Shown here: one piece after another, positions 1-9,204 of the stretch
Numbering within the stretch: the first letter of the stretch is position 1
Layout of the letters: every line of letters begins with the position of its first letter
Assembly: GCA_964446685.1 (NCBI GenBank)
Contig: CAYUPO010000004.1
Span: 20,164-84,163, forward strand
Length of the DNA: 64,000 nucleotides
DNA from: an uncultured Gammaproteobacteria bacterium
Lineage (GTDB): Bacteria; Patescibacteriota; Microgenomatia; Daviesbacterales; UBA10151
Direction: 5' to 3'
The notes under the pieces: generated by a model
What the model was told of the DNA's origin: nothing
The model's database searches: none
What the model saw: only the letters and a program-made list of their open reading frames with translations
Translations under genes and position numbers: made by a program

Positions 1-287
1 TCGAAGAGGTGCTACCGGCAGATTCTTTGCTAATTTAAGTGGTTGGGATACAGGGTCTAAAGCCATATTTTTTGTTTAATTTGTCATTCTGGCTTGTCCA
101 GAATCTAATCAAGAGTTGATAGTATATAGTATCTTACAAATAAAAGAAAACAGTAATATTTTTCTGAAATTTGTTTAATCCTTATCAACTGAGGATTTAT
201 GCTAAGCGTAGTCGAAGCATTAGCAGTAATATATCACGAGTGCTAAATCATGTCAACCTAGTTACCTGAAAGAAAGTATAATCTCAA

Positions 288-557
288 CTAAAGAGGTAAA
301 TAGCTTTTAGGAATTCCATGTTCTTTTCTGAAGTCTGTCACCTCTAAAACCCGCCTCATGCTATCTCTAGGCAAAGCTCGAGCTAGAAAACGTTGTATAG
401 GTTCAGGAAAAACATGATAAATTACCTTTTCTGGAATACTTAATAAGGCTTCTTTTCTATCTAATCTAAGTTCAGGAATAAGCGGTTCAACTTTTCGGTC
501 TCGACGGGACAAAATTAAATAATTTAATCTTTTCCTCAGTTCTTTTGAATCACTCAT
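288..557 (-). CDS. hypothetical small basic protein
   Basis: 89-aa ORF with no recognisable motif; it sits immediately downstream of the corrinoid adenosyltransferase gene on the same strand. Confidence 0.4.
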   Translation of the reverse strand: MSDSKELRKRLNYLILSRRDRKVEPLIPELRLDRKEALLSIPEKVIYHVFPEPIQRFLARALPRDSMRRVLEVTDFRKEHGIPKSYLPL

Positions 558-580
558 AAAGATATTCTAAAGCTTATTCT

Positions 581-1135
581 CTAATAATCAACCCCGGGCT
601 TAGCTAAAAATCCTTTTTGGAAGGGGTGTTTTACCTGCACCATCTCTGTTACTAGATCTGCGTGTTTAAAAAGAGATGGTCTGCCATGATGTCCTGTTAA
701 GACCAAATCCAACTTTTCCGGTTTATCTTTAATCAGCTGAATGACCTGTTTCTCAGACAACAGCTTGCCCGCAACTGCTCCGACTATCTCATCGGCTATC
801 ACCACATCCCATTTGCCTTTTGTAACTTCCTTATATAATAAGTCATACGTCTCCCCTGCCATCTTCTTATGCTCTTTGATGTCATATTGGTCATCAAAGA
901 TCTTCACAAATCCTAAGCCACCTTGGATTAATTTAACGTAAGGCGCAAGCATTTTAACCCCTTCCTGCTCCCCGGTAAACCAGACTTTACCAAACTGCAC
1001 AATCAACACCTTCTTCTTATACCCCGCAGCCCGCAAGGCCAACCCCAAAGCCCCCGTAGTCTTCCCCTTCCCTTCACCGGTATACACAATCACCAGCCCC
1101 TTAGTCGTCTCCTTATATTTAGGTTCTTTTGCCAT
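581..1135 (-). CDS. cobO: cob(I)yrinic acid a,c-diamide / corrinoid adenosyltransferase (CobA/CobO/BtuR family)
   Basis: P-loop TGEGKGKTTGALGLALRAAG and overall CobA-type layout. The ORF track starts at 1219, but the internal Met MAKEPKYK (ATG at 1135) gives the family-typical ~185 aa. Confidence 0.8.
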   Translation of the reverse strand: MAKEPKYKETTKGLVIVYTGEGKGKTTGALGLALRAAGYKKKVLIVQFGKVWFTGEQEGVKMLAPYVKLIQGGLGFVKIFDDQYDIKEHKKMAGETYDLLYKEVTKGKWDVVIADEIVGAVAGKLLSEKQVIQLIKDKPEKLDLVLTGHHGRPSLFKHADLVTEMVQVKHPFQKGFLAKPGVDY

Positions 1136-1246
1136 AAATGTAGTATATCTTTCCCAAATAAAAAGTCCAACAATCGTTTGCCTTATATCCTTAAGGTATT
1201 TTAAAGTATTACTTGACATCCTTTTGGGTAATACTATAATCCATGT

Positions 1247-2011
1247 ATGCCGAAAAATCCTGATTTATTAGCTAAAATTCAAACCAGAAGAATTCCCCAA
1301 GGAGTTCATACCCCTTACGATACCAGAGATTATGTACCATACACTCAACAACCTGAAGCAAGTATTGCTGGATCATACATAGAAGGCCTTTTATCACCAC
1401 GACATGGAATTGCTATTGAAGGAGTGAGTATACAAACTGATCCCGGCAGAAGCACAACTCATTTCTCTTTTGCTTTACATGGAGATAAATTACCGACATT
1501 CCGCATGCTTAATCTTGATCAGTGGAGGATCGATAAATCCGTAGAATTAGGCGAACTTTTTAACCCCGCACTTACTGATACTAATGATTCATATCATCAG
1601 CAGGGTGCTGCATTATTAAAACGAAGAGTGCAAGTAAGTCCTTTACATAGTGGACCATATTTATTTCCTGAACAGGTTAAGCATGGGGATATAGGTACTG
1701 AAATCCAACCAATCGTTTTGACTGACATATCCGCCCATCCATTTGTATATAGAATTGGTTCTGTCTTAGTAGGAGAAGATCTTACCCGAGCTTTAGTAAG
1801 TGTGACTACACAAGAAGCATCAGCATTTTTAAAAGATGAAATTAGTTTACTAGCTGATAATAATCGAGATACTTCAGCCCGATTACAACAAATAATTAAT
1901 GATGCAACTCTTGACTTAAAAGCTAAACAATACCAATTTCGAGCTGAAACTGATCATCTTCGAGGAATACGGGATAGATTAGTACAACGAACAACACCTC
2001 CACAATCCTAA
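1247..2011 (+). CDS. hypothetical protein
   Basis: 254-aa ORF with coding-like composition and no recognised motif. Confidence 0.45.
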   Translation: MPKNPDLLAKIQTRRIPQGVHTPYDTRDYVPYTQQPEASIAGSYIEGLLSPRHGIAIEGVSIQTDPGRSTTHFSFALHGDKLPTFRMLNLDQWRIDKSVELGELFNPALTDTNDSYHQQGAALLKRRVQVSPLHSGPYLFPEQVKHGDIGTEIQPIVLTDISAHPFVYRIGSVLVGEDLTRALVSVTTQEASAFLKDEISLLADNNRDTSARLQQIINDATLDLKAKQYQFRAETDHLRGIRDRLVQRTTPPQS

Positions 2012-2044
2012 AAAAATTCCCAATTCTCTAACGGTGAATTTACC

Positions 2045-2590
2045 TGAAGAACATACTAACACATGGAATAACCGCAAGAATAGCAGTTTTTAAGAGAATG
2101 GAGTGCTACATGACAACGATTAATGTAGTAACGTAATTCTCGCAAGAAATGTTACTCAACACATTGAATAACCACAGGAGTAACATTTTTTAAGATATTG
2201 AAGTGCTATTGAGAAAACTATCTCAATAGTAGCGGAAATATCGAAAGAAATGTTACTCAGCACATTGAATAACCACAGGAGTAACATTTTTTAAGATATT
2301 GAAGTGCTATTGAGAAAACTATCTCAATAGTAGCGGAAATATCGAAAGAAATGCTATTAACATATGCTATAACCACAGCTATAGCATTTCTTAAGATAAC
2401 GGAGTGCTACAAGACAGCGATCATTGTAGCAATGTAGTTATCGCAAAAAGTGCTAACACATAGAATACCCGCAAGAATAGCACTTTTTAAGAGAATGGAG
2501 TGCTACATGACAACGATTAATGTAGTAACGTAATTCTCGCAAGAAATGTTACTCAGCACATTGAATAACCACAGGAGTAACATTTCTTAC
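2045..2590. repeat. tandem array of ~97-103 bp structured repeat units (about 5.5 copies) overlapping the 3' end of nrdJ
   Basis: Units start near 2050, 2149, 2250, 2351, 2449 and 2546. Each has hairpin 1 (e.g. ATGTTACTC-loop CAGCACATTGAATAACCACAG-GAGTAACAT) followed by TTTTTTAAGA, a conserved GGAGTGCTA, then hairpin 2. Stems covary between units. Confidence 0.85.
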
Positions 2591-5090
2591 ATCCTTCTTC
2601 ATAGACAAAGGATGCCTGGCCGCATTCTGGGCAGAGGTCGGCGGTTACTTTGGTGGGGTCAGTTACACCCTGGGAAAAAAGCGGAGCTCCGACTACGTCA
2701 TCCACTCCGGTGTTCGGAGTCGAAGCTGGGCTGGTTTCTGCTTTTTCTTCAGTTAAATTAAGTGGCATTGTTTCAGCTTTGGCTTCACCCAGGTCTAGTC
2801 CACCCAAAGCCATATCTTCTGACAAAACTTTCGCAACAGCGTCTCCCAAACTCATCACCCGGTCTTTGCCAAATCCAACATGGGAAGATCCGCCAATTCC
2901 CCGCAGCTGAGAAGCAATCTTTTGAGCTACCTCTTTTGGATTGGAGTTCGCAGTTCTAGCCAGTCTCAAAGACATCGATATCAATCGTCCGATCGCTTCA
3001 GCATCAGCCATAGTATGCATTCCACCCCGTCCAATGGTAATAAATACTTCAAACGGCATATCCTGTTCATCACGGTTGATAGTCACATACGCTTCACCAA
3101 CCGGAGTTAATACTTTGTAGGTTCTTCCCCGCAAAATCATTGGTCTGGAAGTAGTCACTGCCGGAGCAATTACTTCCTCTTTCTTTTCTTCCTTCTTCTC
3201 TTCGTGATAGAGCACTCCGGCTCTTGATCCGTCCCGGAAAAATGTCACACCTTTACAACCCATTTTGTAAGCTTCCATATAAAGCTCCTTCACCTGGTCC
3301 ACTGTAAAGTCGAAAGATGCATTGGCTGTTTTGGAGATGGATGAATCAGTATATCCCTGAATCAAAGCCTGAACTCTGACATGATCAAGTGGTGACATAT
3401 CATTAGCTCCGACATAATAATCAGGCTTCTGTTCATAAGTTTTGTCAGGATTTTCCTTCTGCCACTGTTCATACAGTGGATGCAAAATAGTATGCTCACC
3501 AATCCGGTCGCGTCTGATAAATTTAAAATCAAATACTGGTTCAATTCCTGAAGATACTCCAGCTAACAAAGAAGTAGTTCCGGTAGGCGCCTGAGTCAGG
3601 ATAACCGCATTTCGGATCCCCTGTTTACTGATTTTATCCTGAATATATTTTGGCAACTGTTTAATAAAATGACCCTGTAAGTATTTTTCAGCATCAAATT
3701 TTGGAAAAGCGCCTTTTTCTTTCGCCAGATCAGATGATGTTTCATAAGAAGCGTCCCTGATAGTCTGATAAATCTTCTCAATTACCGGCATCGCTTCAGC
3801 ACTACCATAACGCAATTTCATTTTAATCAGGGCGTCTCCCAGACCCATTGTTCCGATACCAGTCCGGCGGATCTCTTTGGCTTTGATCTCATTTTGTTCC
3901 CAGAAGTAATAATTGGCATCGACTACATTGTCCATAAATCTCATTGAAGTCCTGGTTTTAGCATCCAGATCTTCAAAATCAAAAGATCCATCTTCTTTAA
4001 CAAATGCGGACAAATTCATCGCCCCCAGATTACAGACTGCCCATTCACCCAATGGCTGTTCACCACATGGATTAGTTGAAAGCAATTTTTCAAAATACCA
4101 GGTGTTACTCCATTTATTACTTCTTTCCAAAAAGTGCAGACCAGGTTCAGCTGATTTCCAGGCGGAAGTACAAATCTGATCCCAGATCTCCCGGGCTGGC
4201 ATTCTGGAATACTCAACCACTTTTTTACCCATATCAGTCCAGTTTTCCAGCACTCCATCCCATTTTTCATCATATTCAGGATCGGCAATATCCGGAAATA
4301 CTGTTACCCATTCTTCATCTTTTTGAACAGCTTCCATAAATTTATCTGACACACAGACAGACAGGTTGGCTCCAGGAATAGACACGCCGTCTTCTTTAGC
4401 ATGAATAAATTCAATTACATCAGGATGCCAGTCATGCAGCATCAGCATCAAAGCTCCGCGTCTGGATCCACCCTGCTGGATCACATCATGATTGGCAGCA
4501 GAATAAAGCTTAGCCCAGGAAACAGGACCTGAGGATTTACCGTTTACTTTTCTGACTCTGGCTCCATTTGGTCTAAGGGAAGACAAATTAATACCTACAC
4601 CACCACCTCGGGCCTGGATCTCAACAGTGTGAGTAATATTTTCCATAATTCCTCCCCGGGAATCTTTTGGTGAAGGGATCACATAACAGTTAAAAAAAGT
4701 TACTTCATATCCAGTCCCAGCTCCTGACAAAATACGACCAGCCGGAACAAATTTAAATCCTTCCATTGCTTCATAAAACCTTTGACCCCACAGTTTTCTC
4801 AGCTCTGGTGTCTTTTCCATATGAGCAATCCCCGCAGCCACTCTCTGCCACATCTCTTCCGGAGTTGTTTCAACTGGATCTCCTTTAGCATCTTTTAAAG
4901 AATACCTGTCCATGAAAACTTTTTGTCTGACACCATCAAGCTCTGTTTTTGTCCGGATAGTTGGCATTATCAATTCTGAAGTAGGAACAATACCATTTTT
5001 GGATTTAGAGATTTTGGTCTGAGGAACAGCTACCTGCAAAGCAACTGATTTTAAACTTTTTCCTGCTGTTTTTGTTTTAGTTTGTTTCAT
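2553..5090 (-). CDS. nrdJ: ribonucleotide reductase, adenosylcobalamin-dependent class II (NrdJ-like), with C-terminal zinc ribbon
   Basis: NPCGEQPLGEW active-site motif, no ATP cone, C-terminal CPECG...CKKCYSCGYSMC ribbon, NrdR gene directly upstream. The ORF extends to 5141, but MKQTKTKT (ATG 5088-5090) is the likelier start. Confidence 0.75.
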   Translation of the reverse strand: MKQTKTKTAGKSLKSVALQVAVPQTKISKSKNGIVPTSELIMPTIRTKTELDGVRQKVFMDRYSLKDAKGDPVETTPEEMWQRVAAGIAHMEKTPELRKLWGQRFYEAMEGFKFVPAGRILSGAGTGYEVTFFNCYVIPSPKDSRGGIMENITHTVEIQARGGGVGINLSSLRPNGARVRKVNGKSSGPVSWAKLYSAANHDVIQQGGSRRGALMLMLHDWHPDVIEFIHAKEDGVSIPGANLSVCVSDKFMEAVQKDEEWVTVFPDIADPEYDEKWDGVLENWTDMGKKVVEYSRMPAREIWDQICTSAWKSAEPGLHFLERSNKWSNTWYFEKLLSTNPCGEQPLGEWAVCNLGAMNLSAFVKEDGSFDFEDLDAKTRTSMRFMDNVVDANYYFWEQNEIKAKEIRRTGIGTMGLGDALIKMKLRYGSAEAMPVIEKIYQTIRDASYETSSDLAKEKGAFPKFDAEKYLQGHFIKQLPKYIQDKISKQGIRNAVILTQAPTGTTSLLAGVSSGIEPVFDFKFIRRDRIGEHTILHPLYEQWQKENPDKTYEQKPDYYVGANDMSPLDHVRVQALIQGYTDSSISKTANASFDFTVDQVKELYMEAYKMGCKGVTFFRDGSRAGVLYHEEKKEEKKEEVIAPAVTTSRPMILRGRTYKVLTPVGEAYVTINRDEQDMPFEVFITIGRGGMHTMADAEAIGRLISMSLRLARTANSNPKEVAQKIASQLRGIGGSSHVGFGKDRVMSLGDAVAKVLSEDMALGGLDLGEAKAETMPLNLTEEKAETSPASTPNTGVDDVVGAPLFSQGVTDPTKVTADLCPECGQASFVYEEGCKKCYSCGYSMC

Positions 5091-5197
5091 TGTTATTTCT
5101 TTTTCTCGGACTAATATTATTAACTGACTGATGTAACACAATCAACCTATATTTTATACGACTTAATGTATCAAAATTCCTATAAGTTTAACTGCTC

Positions 5198-5644
5198 TTA
5201 TGACACTAAACTTGCTAATTCTTTTGTAAAATCTCCTGGCTCTTTAAACTGCCGGTAAACTGAGACAAACCGCAAATAAGCTACTTTGTCTACTTTCTTT
5301 AACTCACTACAGACTTCCCGGCCAATTACTTTACTTTCAATTTCTTTATTTTCTTTTGATTTAACCCGTCTTTCAATTTTGGCAACGATTTTAGCTAAAT
5401 CAACTGCAGCCGGTCTTTTTTCCAAAGCCCGCTGTAAACCGCGTTCAATTTTGCTGATGTCAAAAGGTTCTTTCCGGCCATTCCGCTTGATTACCAGATA
5501 CTCGACAGGTAATACTCTCTCATAGGTCGTATATCGTTTGTGGCACTTGAGACATTCTCGACGGCGCCTTATTTCACCAGTACCTTTGACTGCTCTTTTA
5601 TCAATAACCTGGCTCAAATCACTTTGGCAGTACGGACAATACAT
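5198..5644 (-). CDS. nrdR: transcriptional repressor NrdR (zinc ribbon + ATP cone)
   Basis: MYCPYCQ...CLKCHKRYTTYER zinc ribbon followed by an ATP-cone region; 148 aa; 53 bp upstream of nrdJ. Confidence 0.9.
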   Translation of the reverse strand: MYCPYCQSDLSQVIDKRAVKGTGEIRRRRECLKCHKRYTTYERVLPVEYLVIKRNGRKEPFDISKIERGLQRALEKRPAAVDLAKIVAKIERRVKSKENKEIESKVIGREVCSELKKVDKVAYLRFVSVYRQFKEPGDFTKELASLVS

Positions 5645-5660
5645 ACACTATATGTTGTGG
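5645..5660. promoter_or_regulatory. candidate NrdR box
   Basis: The reverse complement ccACAACATATAGTGT matches the 16-bp NrdR-box consensus acaCwAtATaTwGtgt at 14 of 16 positions. A second, weaker candidate lies at about 5722-5737 (ATACAAGATATTGTGC). Confidence 0.3.
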
Positions 5661-5798
5661 CTCAACCCTTACCTCACTCAACATATCTACCATAACATAA
5701 GGGCAAGAATTAGTGTCAATATACAAGATATTGTGCAGCGAGCATAAATAGTTATGTGTTTAGGAGAAACATATAAAGATGAAGCTGACTAAATTGTT

Positions 5799-6215
5799 CT
5801 ACTCAGAATCTTGTGGTTGCGTTTTAACTTGAGTTTGAGCTTCTATTCGGATCCGTCTACTTCTATCTCGCAACAATCCAAAACCCAAAAGTGCTGAACC
5901 TATTACAGACATACCGCCTGTTACCAAACCACCAACCATAACTTTTTCCGAAACTTCACTAATCTCAGCTGTATAAGCAGCAACAGCTGGATCTACAGGT
6001 TGAGTTTGATCTAAAACAACTTCAGAAGATTTATTCAGCCTCGCTGCAAGATGAGCCACAATAAGAGATCCGGGAATAACCGGGATTAAACTAGCCAAAA
6101 CAGCTTTACATACGTATCGCCTTGTTTCACTTTGTCTTCTATCTACAGCTTGCATATCTTCAGGTGAGTTAATCATGCGGGATTTATAACATCTTTGAAG
6201 AATATATTCAATCAA
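5799..6215 (-). CDS. hypothetical membrane protein
   Basis: 138 aa with hydrophobic segments and a basic C-terminal tail RDRSRRIRIE. Confidence 0.4.
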   Translation of the reverse strand: MIEYILQRCYKSRMINSPEDMQAVDRRQSETRRYVCKAVLASLIPVIPGSLIVAHLAARLNKSSEVVLDQTQPVDPAVAAYTAEISEVSEKVMVGGLVTGGMSVIGSALLGFGLLRDRSRRIRIEAQTQVKTQPQDSE

Positions 6216-6219
6216 TTAA

Positions 6220-6795
6220 CTATTTAATAAAGTTTCTCAGAAACTCCAAAAACTTATCATAATAAGTATAAAAAATATAGACATTGGCAAAAAGTAATCC
6301 CGGAAAAATAACTGATTTCTCAACAAACCCACCCGTTTTAATTCTCATTAACCGGAATGGGGGAACTCCAAAATGAATCGGAATCGGAAAAAGCCAGGGA
6401 ACACCATCTCTGGTCAGCATATCCATGAACAAATGCGACACAAAACCAATCATAAAACTCCACCAGACTACATTCATATCCACCAAGACAACACTAGACA
6501 TTGCATCAAGTAATAAGTCCAGTAAAAAGCCAAACAAAAAAACACCGAGTATGGAATGAGAAATAAATCTATGACCTCCCAAAAATCGGTAAAATACCCG
6601 CCCCCAGACTCCTCCGGCGGGCAATCTATTCCAAAGTGAAGCCGTTGGCTGATCAATATCAGGCGCCAGCCCTCCGATAAAATTCATTGATAAAGCCACC
6701 AAAACAGTTGACAATCTCATTTCAGGCAAAGGCTGCGTTGCCACAACAAAAGATAATGCAGTAAAAGCAGCTAAATCATGTGTTCTTCCAGTCAT
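6220..6795 (-). CDS. membrane-bound metal-dependent hydrolase (DUF457/YdjM-like)
   Basis: Polytopic membrane protein beginning MTGRTHDLAAFTALSF with GGLAPDID and HS..GH motifs typical of the YdjM family. Confidence 0.55.
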   Translation of the reverse strand: MTGRTHDLAAFTALSFVVATQPLPEMRLSTVLVALSMNFIGGLAPDIDQPTASLWNRLPAGGVWGRVFYRFLGGHRFISHSILGVFLFGFLLDLLLDAMSSVVLVDMNVVWWSFMIGFVSHLFMDMLTRDGVPWLFPIPIHFGVPPFRLMRIKTGGFVEKSVIFPGLLFANVYIFYTYYDKFLEFLRNFIK

Positions 6796-6830
6796 AATTT
6801 ATTAGTATTAAGTATTAAGTATTAAGTATT
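6796..6830. repeat. short tandem repeat (TATTAAGT)x4
   Basis: Seen directly: ttagtattaagtattaagtattaagtattaagag. Confidence 0.8.
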
Positions 6831-6919
6831 AAGAGAAAAGTAGCAAATTCCCTAGATTCATTACGATTTACTTACTTATACACAATAATAATATTACTCT
6901 AAATAACGATACTACACAC

Positions 6920-7309
6920 ATGTCACTGTCCAATCCTGAAATATCCTCCAAAGATTCCCCCACTTTTTTTCATCAGGTAGCACAAATACTTCACGATACC
7001 TATCCTCAGCCAGACTCAGACATCTTATCTGATTTATTAGCAGATATAAATCCTAAAAAAGCGGCCTTTTTTGCTGATTATTTAAATAGCCCAGAGTTTA
7101 AAAATCCAAATGAAATCAGACGCTTAATAGAAAGTCATGTTATTACTGAGTTAGCTGATGCAATCCAGAATCCCCAGAGACTAGCCGGAAGGAAGAGAGA
7201 AGAACCTACCCCAATAAGACAACTAAATGTAACCAGAAGAAGAGATCTATCTAGTGGAAAACCCAACAACTATCCCCAACCCCCACCCCGTTTAATACGT
7301 CTTCCATAG
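6920..7309 (+). CDS. hypothetical protein (Pro-rich C-terminus)
   Basis: 129-aa ORF with no recognisable motif. Confidence 0.35.
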   Translation: MSLSNPEISSKDSPTFFHQVAQILHDTYPQPDSDILSDLLADINPKKAAFFADYLNSPEFKNPNEIRRLIESHVITELADAIQNPQRLAGRKREEPTPIRQLNVTRRRDLSSGKPNNYPQPPPRLIRLP

Positions 7310-7480
7310 TTGAGTTAGCCTTGGTCTTACCTAAAGCTTGTAGTAATATTACATTTGACAACTGCGTGAAAAGTTTTGTACACTGTGAAAACAGATGAAG
7401 ACACAAGGCTTACTTCTAATCCTGAGCTTCCTTTCATTCTTAATGTTCTCAATAGTCACCTCAGTCTCAGCACATATCCA

Positions 7481-7970
7481 CTAAAGTAAAATTCAAAATA
7501 ACAAATTCAAAATTTCAAACAAATTCAAAAAATAAAATCAAAAACTAGCTTTGCTGGGATTTAAATAAGATACTACTTAATATCTTTAATAGTTCATTTG
7601 ACTCAAGAAGTAACATTTTTCTTTCTTTTTCTAGTATAGGGTTATTTACCGTTTCAACTTCTAACATCTCAAGCCAATATCTACTTTCTTTAGACTCTTT
7701 CCTCGAAATTCTGATTCTATGCAGAAAATCTTTTTTACTAAGAGATTCATTAGCTTCAATATAGTTAGCTCCTACCGAACCTGAAGATCGAACCACTTGT
7801 TTTCCATCTTCTAATGCTCCAATTGTTTTTGGTAGCGATTTAACAAATATTCTGACTTTTTTCCCAAACTCAAGTGTTCTATCTTCTAAATCATATTGTT
7901 TTGGATTTTCTATTTTATCCATTTGAATTTATTTGAAATTTTGAATTTGTTATTTTGAATTTTACTTTAG
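7481..7970. mobile_element. cassette bounded by a perfect 39-bp inverted repeat, carrying a four-helix-bundle gene (IVS-like / MITE-like element)
   Basis: 7481-7519 ctaaagtaaaattcaaaataacaaattcaaaatttcaaa is the exact reverse complement of 7932-7970. The right arm overlaps the last two codons of the PPIase gene. Confidence 0.45.
7545..7922 (-). CDS. four-helix-bundle protein (TIGR02436; 23S rRNA intervening-sequence protein family)
   Basis: 125 aa; matches the family pattern EF.KK...LP......Q..RS..SVGANYIEANES...KDF..R..IS.KE..ES..WL. Confidence 0.8.
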   Translation of the reverse strand: MDKIENPKQYDLEDRTLEFGKKVRIFVKSLPKTIGALEDGKQVVRSSGSVGANYIEANESLSKKDFLHRIRISRKESKESRYWLEMLEVETVNNPILEKERKMLLLESNELLKILSSILFKSQQS

Positions 7971-8636
7971 AGGCAGAATTGAAACAGTATTCATCAAATC
8001 TCCAACAGCTATCTTACTTACCACATCCTGCCCTTTAATAACCTTGCCAAAGATAGTGTAATTTGGCGGGAGACTGGTATTATCATCCAGCATAATAAAA
8101 AACTGACTTCCATTTGTATTGGGACCTGAATTTGCCATCGCAACTATTCCTTTTAAGTATTTTTTAGTAACTGGTTCATCAGCAAATTTGTAACCAGGTC
8201 CGCCTGTACCATTTCCTATCGGATCTCCTCCCTGAATCACAAATCCAGGAACCACCCGGTGAAAACTAAGACCATTATAAAATTCATCATTTGTTAAGGA
8301 AATAAAATTTGTAGCCGCTTTTGTTGCTTCTGGATAAATTTCAAACTCAATAACACCTTTATTAGTATCCAAAACTGCTTTTTTATTTTTTAATTCTTCC
8401 GCTGGCATATCTGCAAAAGGCTGAGTATATCTTTTCTTGGTTAACTGCGGAGCTGAACTCTGTTCAGGCTCAGGTTGGAGTTGATTTGTGTCCTGTTCCA
8501 TCGATAATCCAGACGAACTTGCAGCCGGAGTAGCAGATGGTTCAACTGTAAATGAACTAAGCTGAGAATAACTTAAAGCAATTACTGCTATTACGGTAAG
8601 CGCAATAAAACCAATTACAAAATGTTTCTGTGTCAT
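7962..8636 (-). CDS. ppiB: peptidyl-prolyl cis-trans isomerase, cyclophilin type, with N-terminal membrane anchor
   Basis: HRVVPGFVIQGGDP, MANSGPNTNGSQFFI and other cyclophilin motifs; N-terminal transmembrane helix. Confidence 0.9.
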   Translation of the reverse strand: MTQKHFVIGFIALTVIAVIALSYSQLSSFTVEPSATPAASSSGLSMEQDTNQLQPEPEQSSAPQLTKKRYTQPFADMPAEELKNKKAVLDTNKGVIEFEIYPEATKAATNFISLTNDEFYNGLSFHRVVPGFVIQGGDPIGNGTGGPGYKFADEPVTKKYLKGIVAMANSGPNTNGSQFFIMLDDNTSLPPNYTIFGKVIKGQDVVSKIAVGDLMNTVSILPLK

Positions 8637-8683
8637 GTCGTCCTATATATATCAGAAGAGATGATGAGGTGCAAGAGAGAAAA

Positions 8684-9085
8684 TTATTCTGGAACCTGGA
8701 TAGTTGATAAAAATGCGATAACTGCACCCAAACCGGTACCCATAGCCCCGGCTGAAAAAACAGTACTAAGAGATTCAGGCAAAGAAACTGCTCTAAATAA
8801 ACTGGAAGCTGATGTCAAAAAACCAAATTCAAAATCCGATAAAACTTGTTGCACATACAATTCCCCCAGCAACCCTCCAACTAAAAATCCTGAAATTACC
8901 AAAGTTGCAAACTTAATATTTCTTTTGGCTGTATCCGATAAAGAAACAGCTAAAGATTCTTTTTTAAGCAGTGAACTTACATCAATCGGCTGATAAACCC
9001 GGTCAGACATCCTGACCAGACTTTGTCCAGTTCCATAAAAATAATTTAAATCATGTTTCATAAATCTATTATTGCCGAGACGCAA
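8684..9085 (-). CDS. hypothetical membrane protein
   Basis: 133-aa ORF with hydrophobic helices; the start codon is uncertain (internal Met MKHDLNY is possible). Confidence 0.35.
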   Translation of the reverse strand: MRLGNNRFMKHDLNYFYGTGQSLVRMSDRVYQPIDVSSLLKKESLAVSLSDTAKRNIKFATLVISGFLVGGLLGELYVQQVLSDFEFGFLTSASSLFRAVSLPESLSTVFSAGAMGTGLGAVIAFLSTIQVPE

Positions 9086-9204
9086 CAGAATAAAATCAAA
9101 TATCTGTAGGTTTTTTGTTAGACATTGTGAGAATTTCTTACTTTAAACTTCAAAATACTATTATTGATGTGTTTGCATACAAAGAAGTTGTGTAAGTATA
9201 ATTT

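Noticed and set aside
1-66. Partial minus-strand ORF at the window edge (MALDPVSQPLKLAKNLPVAPLR...)
   Set aside because: Only 22 codons lie inside the window, so there is too little to call.
2045-2590. Possible CRISPR array
   Set aside because: The units are contiguous ~100-bp repeats with no unique spacers between them, and there are no cas genes nearby. It is a tandem structured repeat instead.
2546-3110. Plus-strand ORFs overlapping the nrdJ 3' region (2546..2761, 2650..2910, 2762..2959, 2880..3110)
   Set aside because: They are antisense to a high-confidence ribonucleotide reductase gene.
5090-5200. Cobalamin riboswitch in front of the B12-dependent nrdJ
   Set aside because: The nrdR-nrdJ spacer is only ~100 nt and shows none of the conserved B12-box features by eye. 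It cannot be excluded without a covariance-model search.
6474-6656. 60-aa ORF nested in the DUF457 gene, and the similar nested ORFs at 11368..11574 and 30075..30404
   Set aside because: These are alternative-frame ORFs inside well-supported genes.
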